A stretch of DNA of 64,000 nt from an uncultured Chroococcidiopsis sp. (GCA_964248365.1 CAXTYC010000003.1:64001-128000); one strand, 5' to 3'; positions 21,818 through 35,476 are shown, counted from the stretch's first letter. Notes: generated by a model not told the origin, from the letters alone. Made by a program: numbers and translations.

Positions 21818-23065
21818 CTATAAAGAATGGTGGGCATTGCCCACCCTACTGCTGTTGGAGGCAGAATAAAATGTTTGATTAGGAGCAGTTTTATGTAATG
21901 CTGCTTTTACCAACGGCAGGGTGACAGTAAAAGTCGTCCCCACTCCTTCTTGACTCTCTAGTGAAATTTCACCTCCATGAGTTTCTACACATTTTTTGAC
22001 AATTGTCAACCCTAAGCCAGTGCCGGCAATTGTTTCCACATTGTTAGCACGATAGAAAGGCTCAAACAGTTGCTTTTGGTCTTCTTGGGGAATGCCAATC
22101 CCTTGATCTTGAATTCGGAAGGTAACTGTTTTCTCCTGACCAATCAACTCAAACCAAACTGTACTGCCTACAGGTGAATATTTAATCGCATTCGTCAGCA
22201 AATTAACCAAAATGTGCCGCAGCAAACTTTCATCCCATAGCGAGTCCCCTAATTCCCCATGACAATTGAAAATCAGAGTCAAATCTTTCTGGCGCATACT
22301 TAATTGGGCTTCTTCAACCAGTTTGCGGCAAAACCCTTCCAAAGCTAACGGGGCGTGTTTACACTTAAGTTTGCCTGCATCAGCTTGACAGATAAGTAAG
22401 ACCTCATCCAATAGCCGAGCCATGTCATTAATTGCCGAGCGAATCAGCCCGAAGTTATTGAGTTTTTTCTCCTTGCTCAATTGGTGGTCATTGTTTTGCA
22501 GCAATCCAGTAGCAAGCATAATAGTAGTCAAGGGGCTGCGGAAGTCGTGAGAGAGCATGGAAACAAATTCAGATTTGAGCTGATTAATTTCTTTGGCTTT
22601 AAGTAGCTCATCTGTACGTTGCTGAACTTGGACTTCTAGCACCTGATTCACTGTTCGCAAAGCTTCTGAAACTTGCTTGCGCTCGATCGCATAACATATA
22701 GATCGAACCAGCATTTCATAATTAACCTGTCGCTTGACTAAAAAATCTTGCGCTCCTTGTCGAACAGCTTCGAGTGCAAGTTCATCATCATTCATACTTG
22801 TTAGCACGACAATTGGTAAGCTAGGAGCATAGCTAAGTAGGGGCGCGAGGGATGCCAAGCCTTGGCTATCTGGTAAAGTCAAATCCAACAAGACGACATC
22901 AACATCAAAGCAATCTGTTTTGAGTCGGTCAAGGGCTTCCCCTAATCGCTTGACATGAACTAGGCTAAACTGCTTAAACTTAGCTTGCTTCAGAAGCTCT
23001 TGCAAAAATCGGGCTTCTGCCAAACTGTCTTCAATCAATAGAATTTTTATTGTACTTGCAGGCAT
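21818..23065 (-). CDS. Hybrid response regulator/sensor histidine kinase
   Basis: REC (LLIED, LLDLTLPD), HisKA SHDFRSPL, HATPase NAIKY, DQGIG, GTGLGL. Confidence 0.92.
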   Translation of the reverse strand: MPASTIKILLIEDSLAEARFLQELLKQAKFKQFSLVHVKRLGEALDRLKTDCFDVDVVLLDLTLPDSQGLASLAPLLSYAPSLPIVVLTSMNDDELALEAVRQGAQDFLVKRQVNYEMLVRSICYAIERKQVSEALRTVNQVLEVQVQQRTDELLKAKEINQLKSEFVSMLSHDFRSPLTTIMLATGLLQNNDHQLSKEKKLNNFGLIRSAINDMARLLDEVLLICQADAGKLKCKHAPLALEGFCRKLVEEAQLSMRQKDLTLIFNCHGELGDSLWDESLLRHILVNLLTNAIKYSPVGSTVWFELIGQEKTVTFRIQDQGIGIPQEDQKQLFEPFYRANNVETIAGTGLGLTIVKKCVETHGGEISLESQEGVGTTFTVTLPLVKAALHKTAPNQTFYSASNSSRVGNAHHSL

Positions 23066-23120
23066 AACCTTGTGGTTTCACCCCTACGCTTCCCAATCCA
23101 AAGTTATACAGACGCAATAT

Positions 23121-23302
23121 GTAGAGACGCGATATATTGCGTCTCTACAGTCGGTGCGAGCTTGGCTGTAAGGGGTGGTTTTTTTGGGTATTGTTTGTTT
23201 TGCCATAAATATATTTGTTAAATTACCTCTACTAAAGGTAAATTTTGTCAAAGCGCCTCCATCAGAGTTTTGTAGAGACAAGGGTATATTCGTTGTCTCT
23301 AC
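23121..23302. repeat. Two GTAG-type REP palindromes (GTAGAGAC...GTCTCTAC)
   Basis: 23121-23148 and 23272-23302; degenerate copies near 14423 and 15322. Confidence 0.75.
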
Positions 23303-23502
23303 TTAAGAATCTGACTTTTAGAAAAAATCCTCAATTAATCTTTAAATTAAGGATTTGCCGCCATAGACAAAAGAGAAATACAGATGATTTCCCTGCCTAA
23401 ATTAGGTATAGCTTACAGCAAGCCCTGGGCTTCTAACATCTGTAATTTCATCTAAAAAAGTGACTTTTGCCAAAATATGCGACTTTTTCATCCCTGATCA
23501 TT

Positions 23503-23949
23503 TCATGCTAAAGGTAAGGTTACGGTTTCCAACCAAAACTCTTCAATTCCTTTGACTATTTTGAATAACTGGCTGAGGTTGCGGGATTTTGTGATGTAGC
23601 AATTGACGTGTAATTCGTAGCTGTGGCTAATATCCTCTTCATTCTTTGAAGTTGTCAGTACAACTACGGGAATGCGTTTCAGCCTGGGATCAGCTTTAAT
23701 TTCTGCTAGCACTTCTCGACCATCTTTTTTCGGTAGATTCAAATCGAGTAAGATCAGATCGGGCTGAGGTGCATCAGCATACTCACCCTCTTGGCGTAAA
23801 AAAGCAATAGCATCCATGCCATTCCTAGCCGTCACCACTCGGTTTGGTATCAAGCTACTTTTTAAAGCTTCTTGAATTAGGCGGATATCAGCTTTATTGT
23901 CCTCGACCAAAAAGATCGTTTTCTGTTTTTCTTCCAGTTCTATGCTCAT
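23503..23949 (-). CDS. rcp1: Phytochrome response regulator Rcp1/RcpA
   Basis: LVEDNKAD, LLDLNLPKKDG, FWLETVTLP; directly follows cph1. Confidence 0.92.
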   Translation of the reverse strand: MSIELEEKQKTIFLVEDNKADIRLIQEALKSSLIPNRVVTARNGMDAIAFLRQEGEYADAPQPDLILLDLNLPKKDGREVLAEIKADPRLKRIPVVVLTTSKNEEDISHSYELHVNCYITKSRNLSQLFKIVKGIEEFWLETVTLPLA

Positions 23950-26197
23950 GATTTTGTCCTTTCGCGGGAATCGTAAAGTAGAATGTCGCGCCTCCACCTA
24001 ATTCTGACTCCACCCAAATTTCACCTCGGTGACACTCGACAATTTTTTTACAAATAGCTAAACCCATGCCTGTACCGTAATACTCATCTCGCGTGTGCAG
24101 ACGTTGAAATATAATGAAAATGCGATCGCTAAACTGCGGCTCAATCCCAATCCCGTTATCTCGCACTGAAAATAGCCACGCATCTTCTAACCGCGAAGCT
24201 CCCACATGAATTTGTGGCGGCTTGTCACTGCGAAACTTAATCGCATTCCCGATTAGATTCTGGAACAGCTGCATCATCTGAGTACTATCAGCCATCAACG
24301 TCGGTAACTCGTCATGAGTAATCACAGCTCCACTTTCGGTTATCCTTCCCCGCAAATTACCCAAAGCGCGGTTTAAAGCCGTGTCTAAATCTATCGGTTG
24401 AAACTCAATTCCTTGCCTATCTACCTTAGAGTACGCCAGCACGTCATCAATCAGAGTCTGCATCAAGCTGACTCCCTCGACGGCAAAGGTGATAAACTCC
24501 TTAGCATCCTCATCAAGCTGCTCCAGGTAGCGCATCTCCAACAACTGTACATAGTTCGCTACCTGATTCAAAGGCTCTTGCAAGTCATGGGAGGCGACGT
24601 AGGCAAATTTTTTCAATTCAGCATTGGAACGCTCTAAATCAGCCGCTAACTGAGTCAGTTCATCTGCTTGACGTAGGACAATATTGATAACTGCCTTCTT
24701 TAGTTCCAGTGCTGCTTTAATTTCGACTGATTTCCAAGGTAAAGATGTTAAGCTTACCTTTTCTTTCCACAACTGAAATGATTTACGTGGAGACAAGCGC
24801 GCACTTCCATTTGATTGGTATACTTCAAATGCTTGTTTAGGATCGCCGCACCAATTCACTGTTTGAATTACTTCCGGTCGAAACCACAAAATATAATTGT
24901 TTTTGGAAATGGGAATCGCAAGCATTCCACTAGCTACGTTTTTAAATTTTGCTCCTTCTGGATAAATGTAAGACAAGGAATTTGTATATAAAATTTCTTG
25001 ATCGACGTTACTCTTTAGCCATTGCACTAACAAAGACAAATCTTCTTCGGGGGGAGTTTCGCCAATCAATGTATACTTTTGGGCAAAATATACTGCTGCT
25101 CCTTGAGCTTGGGTTAGCTGGAGGAGATTTGGAGCGTGTTTAACTAAACCATCAATAAAGTTTTCTGCTTGGGACATATACTCAATCAAAGCTGATTGAA
25201 TATATTTCAGCTTTATTCGATAATCGTAATCTTCGGTTTCTGCTTTAGCTGAAATTTCTGAAAATATCATTTGCCCCAAAAATTCGCAGGCTTTACGCAA
25301 TTCATAGGAGACATATTTAGGTGTTTGATGATGACAAGCAATTAGTCCCCAAAGTTTTTGATCTTTGATTAAAGAAATAGTCATAGAAGCACCCACACCC
25401 ATATTGTGCAAGTACTCTATGTGACAGGGTGAGGCGCTTCTGAGTATAGATAGAGTTAAATCAAGTGGACGTTGATTAACCGGATTATTTGCAGGTAAAA
25501 TCTTTACAGACTCACAATGGGTATCTGGTATTATCCTGATCCAATTGGAAGTAAATAATTTTCTAGCTTGTTTAGGAATATCTGATTCGGGAAAGTGAAG
25601 ACCAAGGTAAGATTCTAAACTTTCTAGTTTTTCTTCAGCAACGACAACTCCGTGTCCGTCATCATCAAACTTATATAGCATTACTCTGTCAAATTCGGTT
25701 ACTTTTCGCACCTCTTCCACAATGATTTGACAAAATTGCCGCAAATTTGATGTTTCTTCTATATGGTTAATAGATGCTCTGGCTAAATGATAAAAGCTTA
25801 AAAAAGGAATATTTTCTTGAGAAGCAGGTTCTAATTCTAAAATTAATAATCCTTCAGAATTGCGATGGAAAACTGCATCAAATACTACATATTCATCTCC
25901 TTGTTTTCTCACCCAAAGTTTGGTAGGATTGAGAAAATCTAAATTTCCTTCTGCAAGCCCTGAAAGAATTCTCTCTATTTGGAATGAATCGAGAATGTCT
26001 TCCAGTTTTTTTTGAATCAAGTTTTCAGAAGAAATGCCGAAAACAGCAGATGTGTTGCTGCTAACTTGTAATATTGTTAAATCGGGTTCTTCTAGAACTA
26101 AAAGTACCCCGTGAGGTTGAATTTGTCCACAAATATGGATCGGTTCCTCATCCAAAACAGTCAAATCAATACCTTGCCTTTGTAAATCAATTGACAT
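23894..26197 (-). CDS. cph1: Cyanobacterial phytochrome (PAS-GAF-PHY-HK), Cph1/AphA type
   Basis: IQPHG, ESDIP, SPCH chromophore Cys, PRKSF, SHDLQEPL kinase. Confidence 0.95.
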   Translation of the reverse strand: MSIDLQRQGIDLTVLDEEPIHICGQIQPHGVLLVLEEPDLTILQVSSNTSAVFGISSENLIQKKLEDILDSFQIERILSGLAEGNLDFLNPTKLWVRKQGDEYVVFDAVFHRNSEGLLILELEPASQENIPFLSFYHLARASINHIEETSNLRQFCQIIVEEVRKVTEFDRVMLYKFDDDGHGVVVAEEKLESLESYLGLHFPESDIPKQARKLFTSNWIRIIPDTHCESVKILPANNPVNQRPLDLTLSILRSASPCHIEYLHNMGVGASMTISLIKDQKLWGLIACHHQTPKYVSYELRKACEFLGQMIFSEISAKAETEDYDYRIKLKYIQSALIEYMSQAENFIDGLVKHAPNLLQLTQAQGAAVYFAQKYTLIGETPPEEDLSLLVQWLKSNVDQEILYTNSLSYIYPEGAKFKNVASGMLAIPISKNNYILWFRPEVIQTVNWCGDPKQAFEVYQSNGSARLSPRKSFQLWKEKVSLTSLPWKSVEIKAALELKKAVINIVLRQADELTQLAADLERSNAELKKFAYVASHDLQEPLNQVANYVQLLEMRYLEQLDEDAKEFITFAVEGVSLMQTLIDDVLAYSKVDRQGIEFQPIDLDTALNRALGNLRGRITESGAVITHDELPTLMADSTQMMQLFQNLIGNAIKFRSDKPPQIHVGASRLEDAWLFSVRDNGIGIEPQFSDRIFIIFQRLHTRDEYYGTGMGLAICKKIVECHRGEIWVESELGGGATFYFTIPAKGQNHEHRTGRKTENDLFGRGQ

Positions 26198-26630
26198 TAG
26201 GATCGTCCTGTAGGGTTGAAAGTGACGAAATTAAGAAAAAACTTGATTTCTAAAGTTAGATTTTTCAGTTTTTACCGCGTTTTAGCGCTTTTTTGCTGAT
26301 CTGCTTTGCGTTCTGTCAGTCTAGCAACCCATATATCCTATCTGGGGGAAATGTTAAGAATTGCACTATTTTTAGAAGCTTTGTTGCAACAAATGCTTTT
26401 AGAGTGTTGCGTCTTTGTAACAATGGAAGAATCGCCAACAAAAATTACTCAAGAAAATTTGATTGAACTTAACTAATGAGTCGTTTGAGCTTGAATTTCT
26501 GGCGTTGCTGTCTATGCGATCGCACGAGGGCTATGCTTGGGGTGCGATCGCACAATCGTATCAATACGCTTGACGTAGAGAATAACCTATAGAGATACCA
26601 TTAACCCTACACCCTGCGTATGTTAGTGCA

Positions 26631-27605
<975 letters not shown>

Positions 27606-27835
27606 TTAATCACAGTTATCTGTTTCTAGGATCTCATATCTGTCGATCACGCTTTGCTAGTGGTAAGAAAATACCTATTTCTTCTACTGAAAGCTCCTAC
27701 AGAATAACGTTTGTGGGTTGAGCAGTACAATAGACCTCCTGCCAATATCAAATTCGATCCATCATACGTAAAGGCGATCCTTACCAAAAAACTCTGATTT
27801 CAACAGGTATTCTAGGTGAGTGCGCCCTTACTTAT

Positions 27836-27849
27836 GTAGATGTTGATAC
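27836..27849. promoter_or_regulatory. Possible NtcA box GTA-N8-TAC
   Basis: GTAGATGTTGATAC in the por/argZ divergent region. Confidence 0.35.
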
Positions 27850-28211
27850 TATTTGAAGCTGCACAGGGATTTAAATGCAGTTAGATTTTAATTCAGGGTT
27901 TTTTATATAATTATCGTAAATTTTGCCCTATCTAAAAAGTCTTTTTACACGGCTAGTGGGAACTGAATACCGTTATAGAGAATCAGTTTTTGTAATGTTT
28001 GTAAGTAAATATCACTACCAAATACTCTTACTCAAAATTTGAAGTAATGTTTCTTGCGACTTAGTGCTAATCGGGTAAGAAAGAGTTAGGGCTGTTGTCG
28101 ATCGCATCCATATATGACAATGCGATCGTGCAAACCACCCTACATCATCCCAAAGTAATAAAATTAGAATCTACACTCTCAGATCATCTGGTGACACATA
28201 AAACAGATTTA

Positions 28212-28225
28212 GTAACAAGTTCTAC
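28212..28225. promoter_or_regulatory. Possible NtcA box upstream of argZ
   Basis: GTAACAAGTTCTAC about 70 bp before the start of an arginine catabolism gene. Confidence 0.45.
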
Positions 28226-28295
28226 AGAAATGAAGTGACTAAAATTTGTATGCAGTAAGAGTTTGTAGCGTCCTATTCGAGCCAAATACCCGTTT

Positions 28296-30440
28296 ATGAG
28301 TTCTTCGATCCGCTTCCTCATGTGCGCCCCTGACCACTATGATGTGGACTATGTGATTAATCCCTGGATGGAAGGGAATATTCACAAATCCTCACGCGAT
28401 CGCGCTGTCGATCAGTGGCAAAAGCTTTTCCATGTCCTCAAAGATCATGCCATAGTTGATTTGGTGCAACCTGAACTAGGTGTACCTGATATGGTGTTTA
28501 CTGCCAACGCGGGACTAGTTTTAGGGGATACAGTTGTTCTTAGCCGCTTCTTCCACAAAGAACGCCAGAAAGAAGAACCATTTTTTAAACAGTGGTTTGA
28601 AGACAAAGGCTACACCGTACATGAACTACCCAAAGATTTGCCATTTGAAGGGGCTGGAGATGCCCTACTAGATCGGGAAGGGCGCTGGCTATGGGCTGGA
28701 TATGGCTTTCGTTCAGAACTCGACTCACACCCCTACCTAGCCAAATGGCTCGACATCGAAGTACTATCTTTGCGGTTGATGGATGAGCGATTCTATCACC
28801 TGGATACTTGCTTTTGTCCGCTCAACGGTGGTTATTTACTCTACTATCCTCCGGCGTTTGATGCCTATTCCAACCGCCTGATCGAAATGCGAGTTCCCGC
28901 AGGAAAACGCATCCCCATTGCTGAACCAGACGCGGTGAACTTTGCCTGCAACGCAGTCAATATTGACTCGGTTGTAGTGATGAATAAGGCAAGTGACGAA
29001 CTGAAAGAACGCTTAGCAGCAGCCGGATTCCAGGTAATTGAAACGCAATTAACGGAATTTCTCAAAGCTGGTGGAGCCGCCAAATGCCTAACGCTGCGCG
29101 TGACAGAGCCAGTGCGCGAGGAAGTCCACGCCAGTACGCCTGTAGAAAGTCGTATAATTCGGATGCAAGGTCATTTGCTCGATTCTGGCTTGATTAATCG
29201 TGCCTTGGATCTGGTGATAGAAAATGGCGGTAGTTTCCAAGTATTAAATTTCAATCTGGGAGAGCAACGGCAAAGTACTTCTGAGGCAGAAGTTAAGGTT
29301 ACAGCACCTTCTCACGAAGTCATGGAAGCTATTTTATCCCAGTTAATCGATTTGGGTGCGGTAGATTTGCCCCAAGATGAACGGGATGCAAAATTAGAGC
29401 CAGTAACACAAAATGGTGTGGCTCCAGACGACTTCTATGTCACTACTATTTATCCCACCGAAGTGCGCGTTGGTGGAGAGTGGATTAAAGTGCAAAATCA
29501 ACGCATGGATGGAGCGATCGCCATTACTCACATCCCCTATAACCCCCCTTACCAAGGGGGGAACAAAGGGGGGATCGTGGCACGATGCAAGCTTTTACGT
29601 GATTTAGAAGTAGGCGAACAAGTCGTGGTAGATGTAGCGGGTATCCGCACCATCCGCAAACCTGAATCACGGGAACAACGCAATACCCAGGAATTCAGCT
29701 TTATGTCAGCTGGGGTTTCCAGTGAACGCCGCGTCGAATTAGTGGTAGAACAAGTTGCCTGGGAACTGCGCCAAATCCGCGATCAAGGTGGTAAAGTGGT
29801 AGTCACAGCGGGACCTGTAGTAATTCATACTGGTGGTGGAGAACACCTAGCACGTTTGATTCGAGAAGGATATGTGCAAGCGCTGTTGGGTGGTAATGCG
29901 ATCGCTGTCCACGACATTGAGCAAAATATGATGGGTACTTCCCTCGGTGTAGACATGAAGCGGGGAGTAGCCGTAAGAGGTGGACATCGACACCATTTGA
30001 AAGCGATCAATATCATCCGTCGTTATGGCAGCATTGCCAAAGCTGTCGAGCAAGGTGTACTCAACAGTGGTGTAATGTATGAATGCGTAAGCAATAACGT
30101 ACCCTTCTGCCTTGCTGGTTCGATTCGAGACGATGGACCCTTGCCTGATACGCAGATGGACTTGATTAAAGCACAGCAGGAATATTCCAGGCTGCTGGAA
30201 GGTGCAGATATGATTTTGATGCTATCTTCTATGCTGCATTCGATTGGTGTGGGCAATATGACACCTGCTGGGGTGAAGATGGTATGTGTAGATATCAATC
30301 CGGCTGTAGTGACAAAACTGAGCGATCGCGGTTCTGTAGAATCAGTTGGTGTAGTAACAGATGTTGGATTATTCTTAAGCCTTCTGTTGCAGCAACTCGA
30401 TAAATTGACACGTCCTTACCGCGTCGCAAAAGCGGTTTAG
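28296..30440 (+). CDS. argZ: Bifunctional arginine dihydrolase/ornithine cyclodeaminase (ArgZ/AgrE, TIGR00300)
   Basis: Amidinotransferase domain (INPWM, DMVFTAN, FYHLDTCF, GGAAKCLTL) fused to LOR/SDH-type C-terminus (GSIRDDGPLP). Confidence 0.93.
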   Translation: MSSSIRFLMCAPDHYDVDYVINPWMEGNIHKSSRDRAVDQWQKLFHVLKDHAIVDLVQPELGVPDMVFTANAGLVLGDTVVLSRFFHKERQKEEPFFKQWFEDKGYTVHELPKDLPFEGAGDALLDREGRWLWAGYGFRSELDSHPYLAKWLDIEVLSLRLMDERFYHLDTCFCPLNGGYLLYYPPAFDAYSNRLIEMRVPAGKRIPIAEPDAVNFACNAVNIDSVVVMNKASDELKERLAAAGFQVIETQLTEFLKAGGAAKCLTLRVTEPVREEVHASTPVESRIIRMQGHLLDSGLINRALDLVIENGGSFQVLNFNLGEQRQSTSEAEVKVTAPSHEVMEAILSQLIDLGAVDLPQDERDAKLEPVTQNGVAPDDFYVTTIYPTEVRVGGEWIKVQNQRMDGAIAITHIPYNPPYQGGNKGGIVARCKLLRDLEVGEQVVVDVAGIRTIRKPESREQRNTQEFSFMSAGVSSERRVELVVEQVAWELRQIRDQGGKVVVTAGPVVIHTGGGEHLARLIREGYVQALLGGNAIAVHDIEQNMMGTSLGVDMKRGVAVRGGHRHHLKAINIIRRYGSIAKAVEQGVLNSGVMYECVSNNVPFCLAGSIRDDGPLPDTQMDLIKAQQEYSRLLEGADMILMLSSMLHSIGVGNMTPAGVKMVCVDINPAVVTKLSDRGSVESVGVVTDVGLFLSLLLQQLDKLTRPYRVAKAV

Positions 30441-30509
30441 ATTACGAACCGCCAAGACGCAAACAACGCACTCGTAGGGTGGGCAATGCCCACCTTAACC
30501 ACGATCTTG

Positions 30510-32483
30510 CTAATGGTTGCTACCCAACCACCAGGTAATACCTTCGGCGATCGCAACAGCTAATTTCTTTTGTTCTTGAGGATTTACAATCCATTCAAAT
30601 TCATTTGGATTGATCATAAAACCCAGTTCCAATAATACAGATGGTGCTGTAGCCGGACGAGTCATTGCAAGATTATTCCAATAAACTCCATAATCAGGAC
30701 GATTCAGCTTTTTTACCAGGTAATTATGTAAAAACATAGCAAGGCTATGAGCTTGGGGATGATACCAAAAGGCGGCTAATCCTTTGGTATTCATAGCATC
30801 GCCACCATCGGGTAAAGCGTTGTAGTGGAGTGAAAGAGCGATCGCAGGTTCGATTTTGTCAATCATCGCCACCCGTTGTGTCAGCGACACCTCTTTATCT
30901 TCCTCTCGTGTCATATACACGATCGCCCCTAACTGTTCCAATTGTTCTCGCACCAACTTAGATATCACCAAATTAATATCTTTTTCAGGATATCCAGTAG
31001 GTCCAAGAGAACCAGTTTCAGCACCCCCATGCCCTGGATCTAAAAGAATTTTAATCCCAGACAAAGGTTTTTGTAGGGGCGGTTTTGTCAAAATTACCTG
31101 TTTTCCCACAGGTTTGTCTGTTAAACCCGTCCCTACAGTAGGGGCGGGTTTGTCAAAATTACCTGTTTTCCCATAGGTTTGTCTGTTAAACCCGCCCCTA
31201 CTAGGTGGATGACGCAGAGATAACACTAAGCTTGTACCGTCGTATCGCAATTTATAACCCCATTGCTGCCCAGATTTAAAGTTAAAAGTATATTGCAATT
31301 GAGTAGGTGAGACTTGTTGCCAATCCAAACGAGAAATAATTGGATCATCATCCAGGCGAATTACATCTGTTTGGGCAGTGGTGTTGTAGAGAGTCAAAGT
31401 TAAAGAGCGATCGCCCTGTTGTACACTTACAGGAACAGGCACTTGTAGCGGAAACACAATTTCTGTTGCACCTGGAACCATCCTACCTGATACACTGCGA
31501 ATGAGCGATCGCGGTGGTACAGCACCTGGTATTATCCGCGTTTCCTTACTATCAATCCAACCGCCATAGTCTAGGCGTAACCATTCCCCTTCTTTTCCAG
31601 TAACCGCCGCCCTTGTTCCTTTGGGTAGTGGAGTAAGGCGAGAATAATCTGTACTAGCACCAGTTCGGGCAACTCCTGCATCTGCTGTCACTTCAACCAC
31701 TTCTAGCCTTTCTGGTGAAACTATCGAAATCTCACCAACTCCCTTTTGAGTGATAGTTTTGCCATTGAGTGTTAGCTCAAATTCAGGTATAACTCCAATC
31801 ACCTCAGATTTACGTTGAACTGGGTTAGTGTCAGGTTCAGGTTGAACTGGGTTAGATCTCGGAATAATAGTACCAGTAATAACGCGATTACCCAATTTTA
31901 GGTTATTAACATCTGTCGGTAGGGTAGTACAACCTTGGTATTGTCTTGCTGCTGATTGCAATGTAGGCTGATTTTGTCCGGTTAAAAGTGCAGAATTAGC
32001 TGGCAGTTGTACTTGTTGAGATTGAGGGAGTAGGGGAATAAGCTGATTGCCTAATTTAACAGAAACATTGGCATTTGGGGGTGCGATCGCTCCAAAACAA
32101 ATCAATTCCCCTGGTAATCTGGCAATATCTACCGCTGGAGTCAAAGAATCTTTACCAAAACTCAACCCAACTGGCGCTTGGGGAGTAGAAGCAAGCCGCT
32201 TAACTTTAATCTGAACTTGTTGATTTTGATATTGCACAGTAAAGAGATTATCACCTGGCTGTAATGGGAAAGTTGGGGCAAAATGCCCAGCTTGACTACG
32301 GGCTACAGGCTTACCATTCACCAAAACCTCGCCCCTGGGCGGTGCAGATCCAATCAAAAATATGCGATCGGATGTAGTTTGATGGTCAGCTGGTGGATAC
32401 ACTACAGAAAGAGGTTGTTCTGCCTGGGCTGGAAATGCCATTAGAGAAGAACTTAAGAAAACTAATCCTAAAATTTTTTTCAC
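30510..32483 (-). CDS. N-acetylmuramoyl-L-alanine amidase (Amidase_3) with signal peptide
   Basis: LDPGHGG, SLHYNA, VLLELGF; signal peptide ending AQA. Confidence 0.92.
   Translation of the reverse strand: MKKILGLVFLSSSLMAFPAQAEQPLSVVYPPADHQTTSDRIFLIGSAPPRGEVLVNGKPVARSQAGHFAPTFPLQPGDNLFTVQYQNQQVQIKVKRLASTPQAPVGLSFGKDSLTPAVDIARLPGELICFGAIAPPNANVSVKLGNQLIPLLPQSQQVQLPANSALLTGQNQPTLQSAARQYQGCTTLPTDVNNLKLGNRVITGTIIPRSNPVQPEPDTNPVQRKSEVIGVIPEFELTLNGKTITQKGVGEISIVSPERLEVVEVTADAGVARTGASTDYSRLTPLPKGTRAAVTGKEGEWLRLDYGGWIDSKETRIIPGAVPPRSLIRSVSGRMVPGATEIVFPLQVPVPVSVQQGDRSLTLTLYNTTAQTDVIRLDDDPIISRLDWQQVSPTQLQYTFNFKSGQQWGYKLRYDGTSLVLSLRHPPSRGGFNRQTYGKTGNFDKPAPTVGTGLTDKPVGKQVILTKPPLQKPLSGIKILLDPGHGGAETGSLGPTGYPEKDINLVISKLVREQLEQLGAIVYMTREEDKEVSLTQRVAMIDKIEPAIALSLHYNALPDGGDAMNTKGLAAFWYHPQAHSLAMFLHNYLVKKLNRPDYGVYWNNLAMTRPATAPSVLLELGFMINPNEFEWIVNPQEQKKLAVAIAEGITWWLGSNH
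31073..31201. repeat. Tandem pair of 64-bp GTAG-REP units inside the amidase gene
   Basis: 31073-31136 and 31138-31201, each GTAGGGGCGG..TT...AAACCCG.CCCTAC. Confidence 0.9.
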
Positions 32484-32738
32484 GCCAAATAAGTAAGGAA
32501 AAGGCAGAAATTATCAATAGATGAATTAACAATTTACCATTGAGCATTAAAACAGTTACCAGTTACCACAAATCAGTTACCAGTTATCAGTTACCAATTA
32601 CTCAATACCAGTTACCAACTACCAACTACCAGTAGAGAATGATAACTGTTTACTGTTCACTGTTTTTAGCCCCCAGCCCCCAACCCCGCAGCCCCTCAAT
32701 AATATGGCACAATTGACAGGTGTAATTCTACAAGTTAA

Positions 32739-34388
<1,650 letters not shown>

Positions 34389-34417
34389 CATCCCACCAAT
34401 GCCCACCACCTTTAATC

Positions 34418-35365
34418 CTAGCCGAGGGCAACGCTGCGCGAACATCCTTCCAACTTCGTCCAAGCCAACTTAGCAGCGCCCACCATCCCCGCCTGATTCC
34501 CTAATTCGGCACACAACAACTGTAAACCAGCACGGGAACTAGGTAACACCCGCCGTTCAATCTCAGCCAAAACAGAGGGAAAGAAAAATTCGCTACTTGC
34601 ACTCACACCGCCACCAATCACGATCGCTTCTGGTGTCAGCACATAAATCAGACTCGCCAAACCAGCCCCCAAATCTCTACCATAATTGCGCCAAAATGTC
34701 AAGGCATTGGCATCGCCTGCTTTAGCCATAGCACCCAAAAGGGCTGGTTCTAAACCCGTACTACGTTTAATCGCTGTAACTGAGACATACTGCTCTAGAG
34801 AGCCTTGATTACCACTATTACACGGTGGTCCATCAGGGTTTAAAGTAATTAACCCTAGTTCCCCAGCTGCTCCTTGATGTCCGACAAACAATTTACCATC
34901 CAGAATAATCGCTCCCCCAACACCAGTACCCAGCGTCAGCAGAATTAGATTATTGAATTTACGACCAGCCCCTAGCCAAGCTTCTCCTAAACCCGCACAA
35001 TTAGCATCATTGGCGAGAATTGTAGGACGACCTGTTTTTGCTTCCAAGTAGTCAGCTAGGGGAACATCATGCCAGCCAGCTAAATTAATTGCAACGATAG
35101 CAATTCTACCAGCAGCATCAGCAGGACCTGGAGTACCAACACCAATCGCAACGCATTGTTCGGTAGGATCAATAGAAGCGATCGCCTCCACCATTACAGC
35201 CAAAACCGCCTCTGGCGTTGCGGGTTGGGGAGTAGGCACACTCAACGACTGCAAGCAAGTTCCATTGTGACTAAATTTGCCCAGCTTGATCGCCGTTCCC
35301 CCCAAGTCAATGCCAATTACTTGCGGCTGTTGATTAAGTTGATTTAAATCGGGTTCTTTCCCCAT
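34418..35365 (-). CDS. ROK family sugar kinase
   Basis: GIDLGGT, NDANCAGLGE, GTGVGG, CNSGNQGSLE. Confidence 0.92.
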   Translation of the reverse strand: MGKEPDLNQLNQQPQVIGIDLGGTAIKLGKFSHNGTCLQSLSVPTPQPATPEAVLAVMVEAIASIDPTEQCVAIGVGTPGPADAAGRIAIVAINLAGWHDVPLADYLEAKTGRPTILANDANCAGLGEAWLGAGRKFNNLILLTLGTGVGGAIILDGKLFVGHQGAAGELGLITLNPDGPPCNSGNQGSLEQYVSVTAIKRSTGLEPALLGAMAKAGDANALTFWRNYGRDLGAGLASLIYVLTPEAIVIGGGVSASSEFFFPSVLAEIERRVLPSSRAGLQLLCAELGNQAGMVGAAKLAWTKLEGCSRSVALG

Positions 35366-35476
35366 AGCTTTAGCTTAAATGGCAATTCTCAAGGTAAGCT
35401 AAAAAACATTCAATTTTCACACCACAATTAGATAAATCTCTTGTGGAGCTTGCCCCTTCTGCCTCGAAATGCAATC

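Noticed and set aside
23894..23949. 56-bp cph1/rcp1 overlap as a frameshift
   Set aside because: Both proteins have complete domains, and such overlap is usual for this pair
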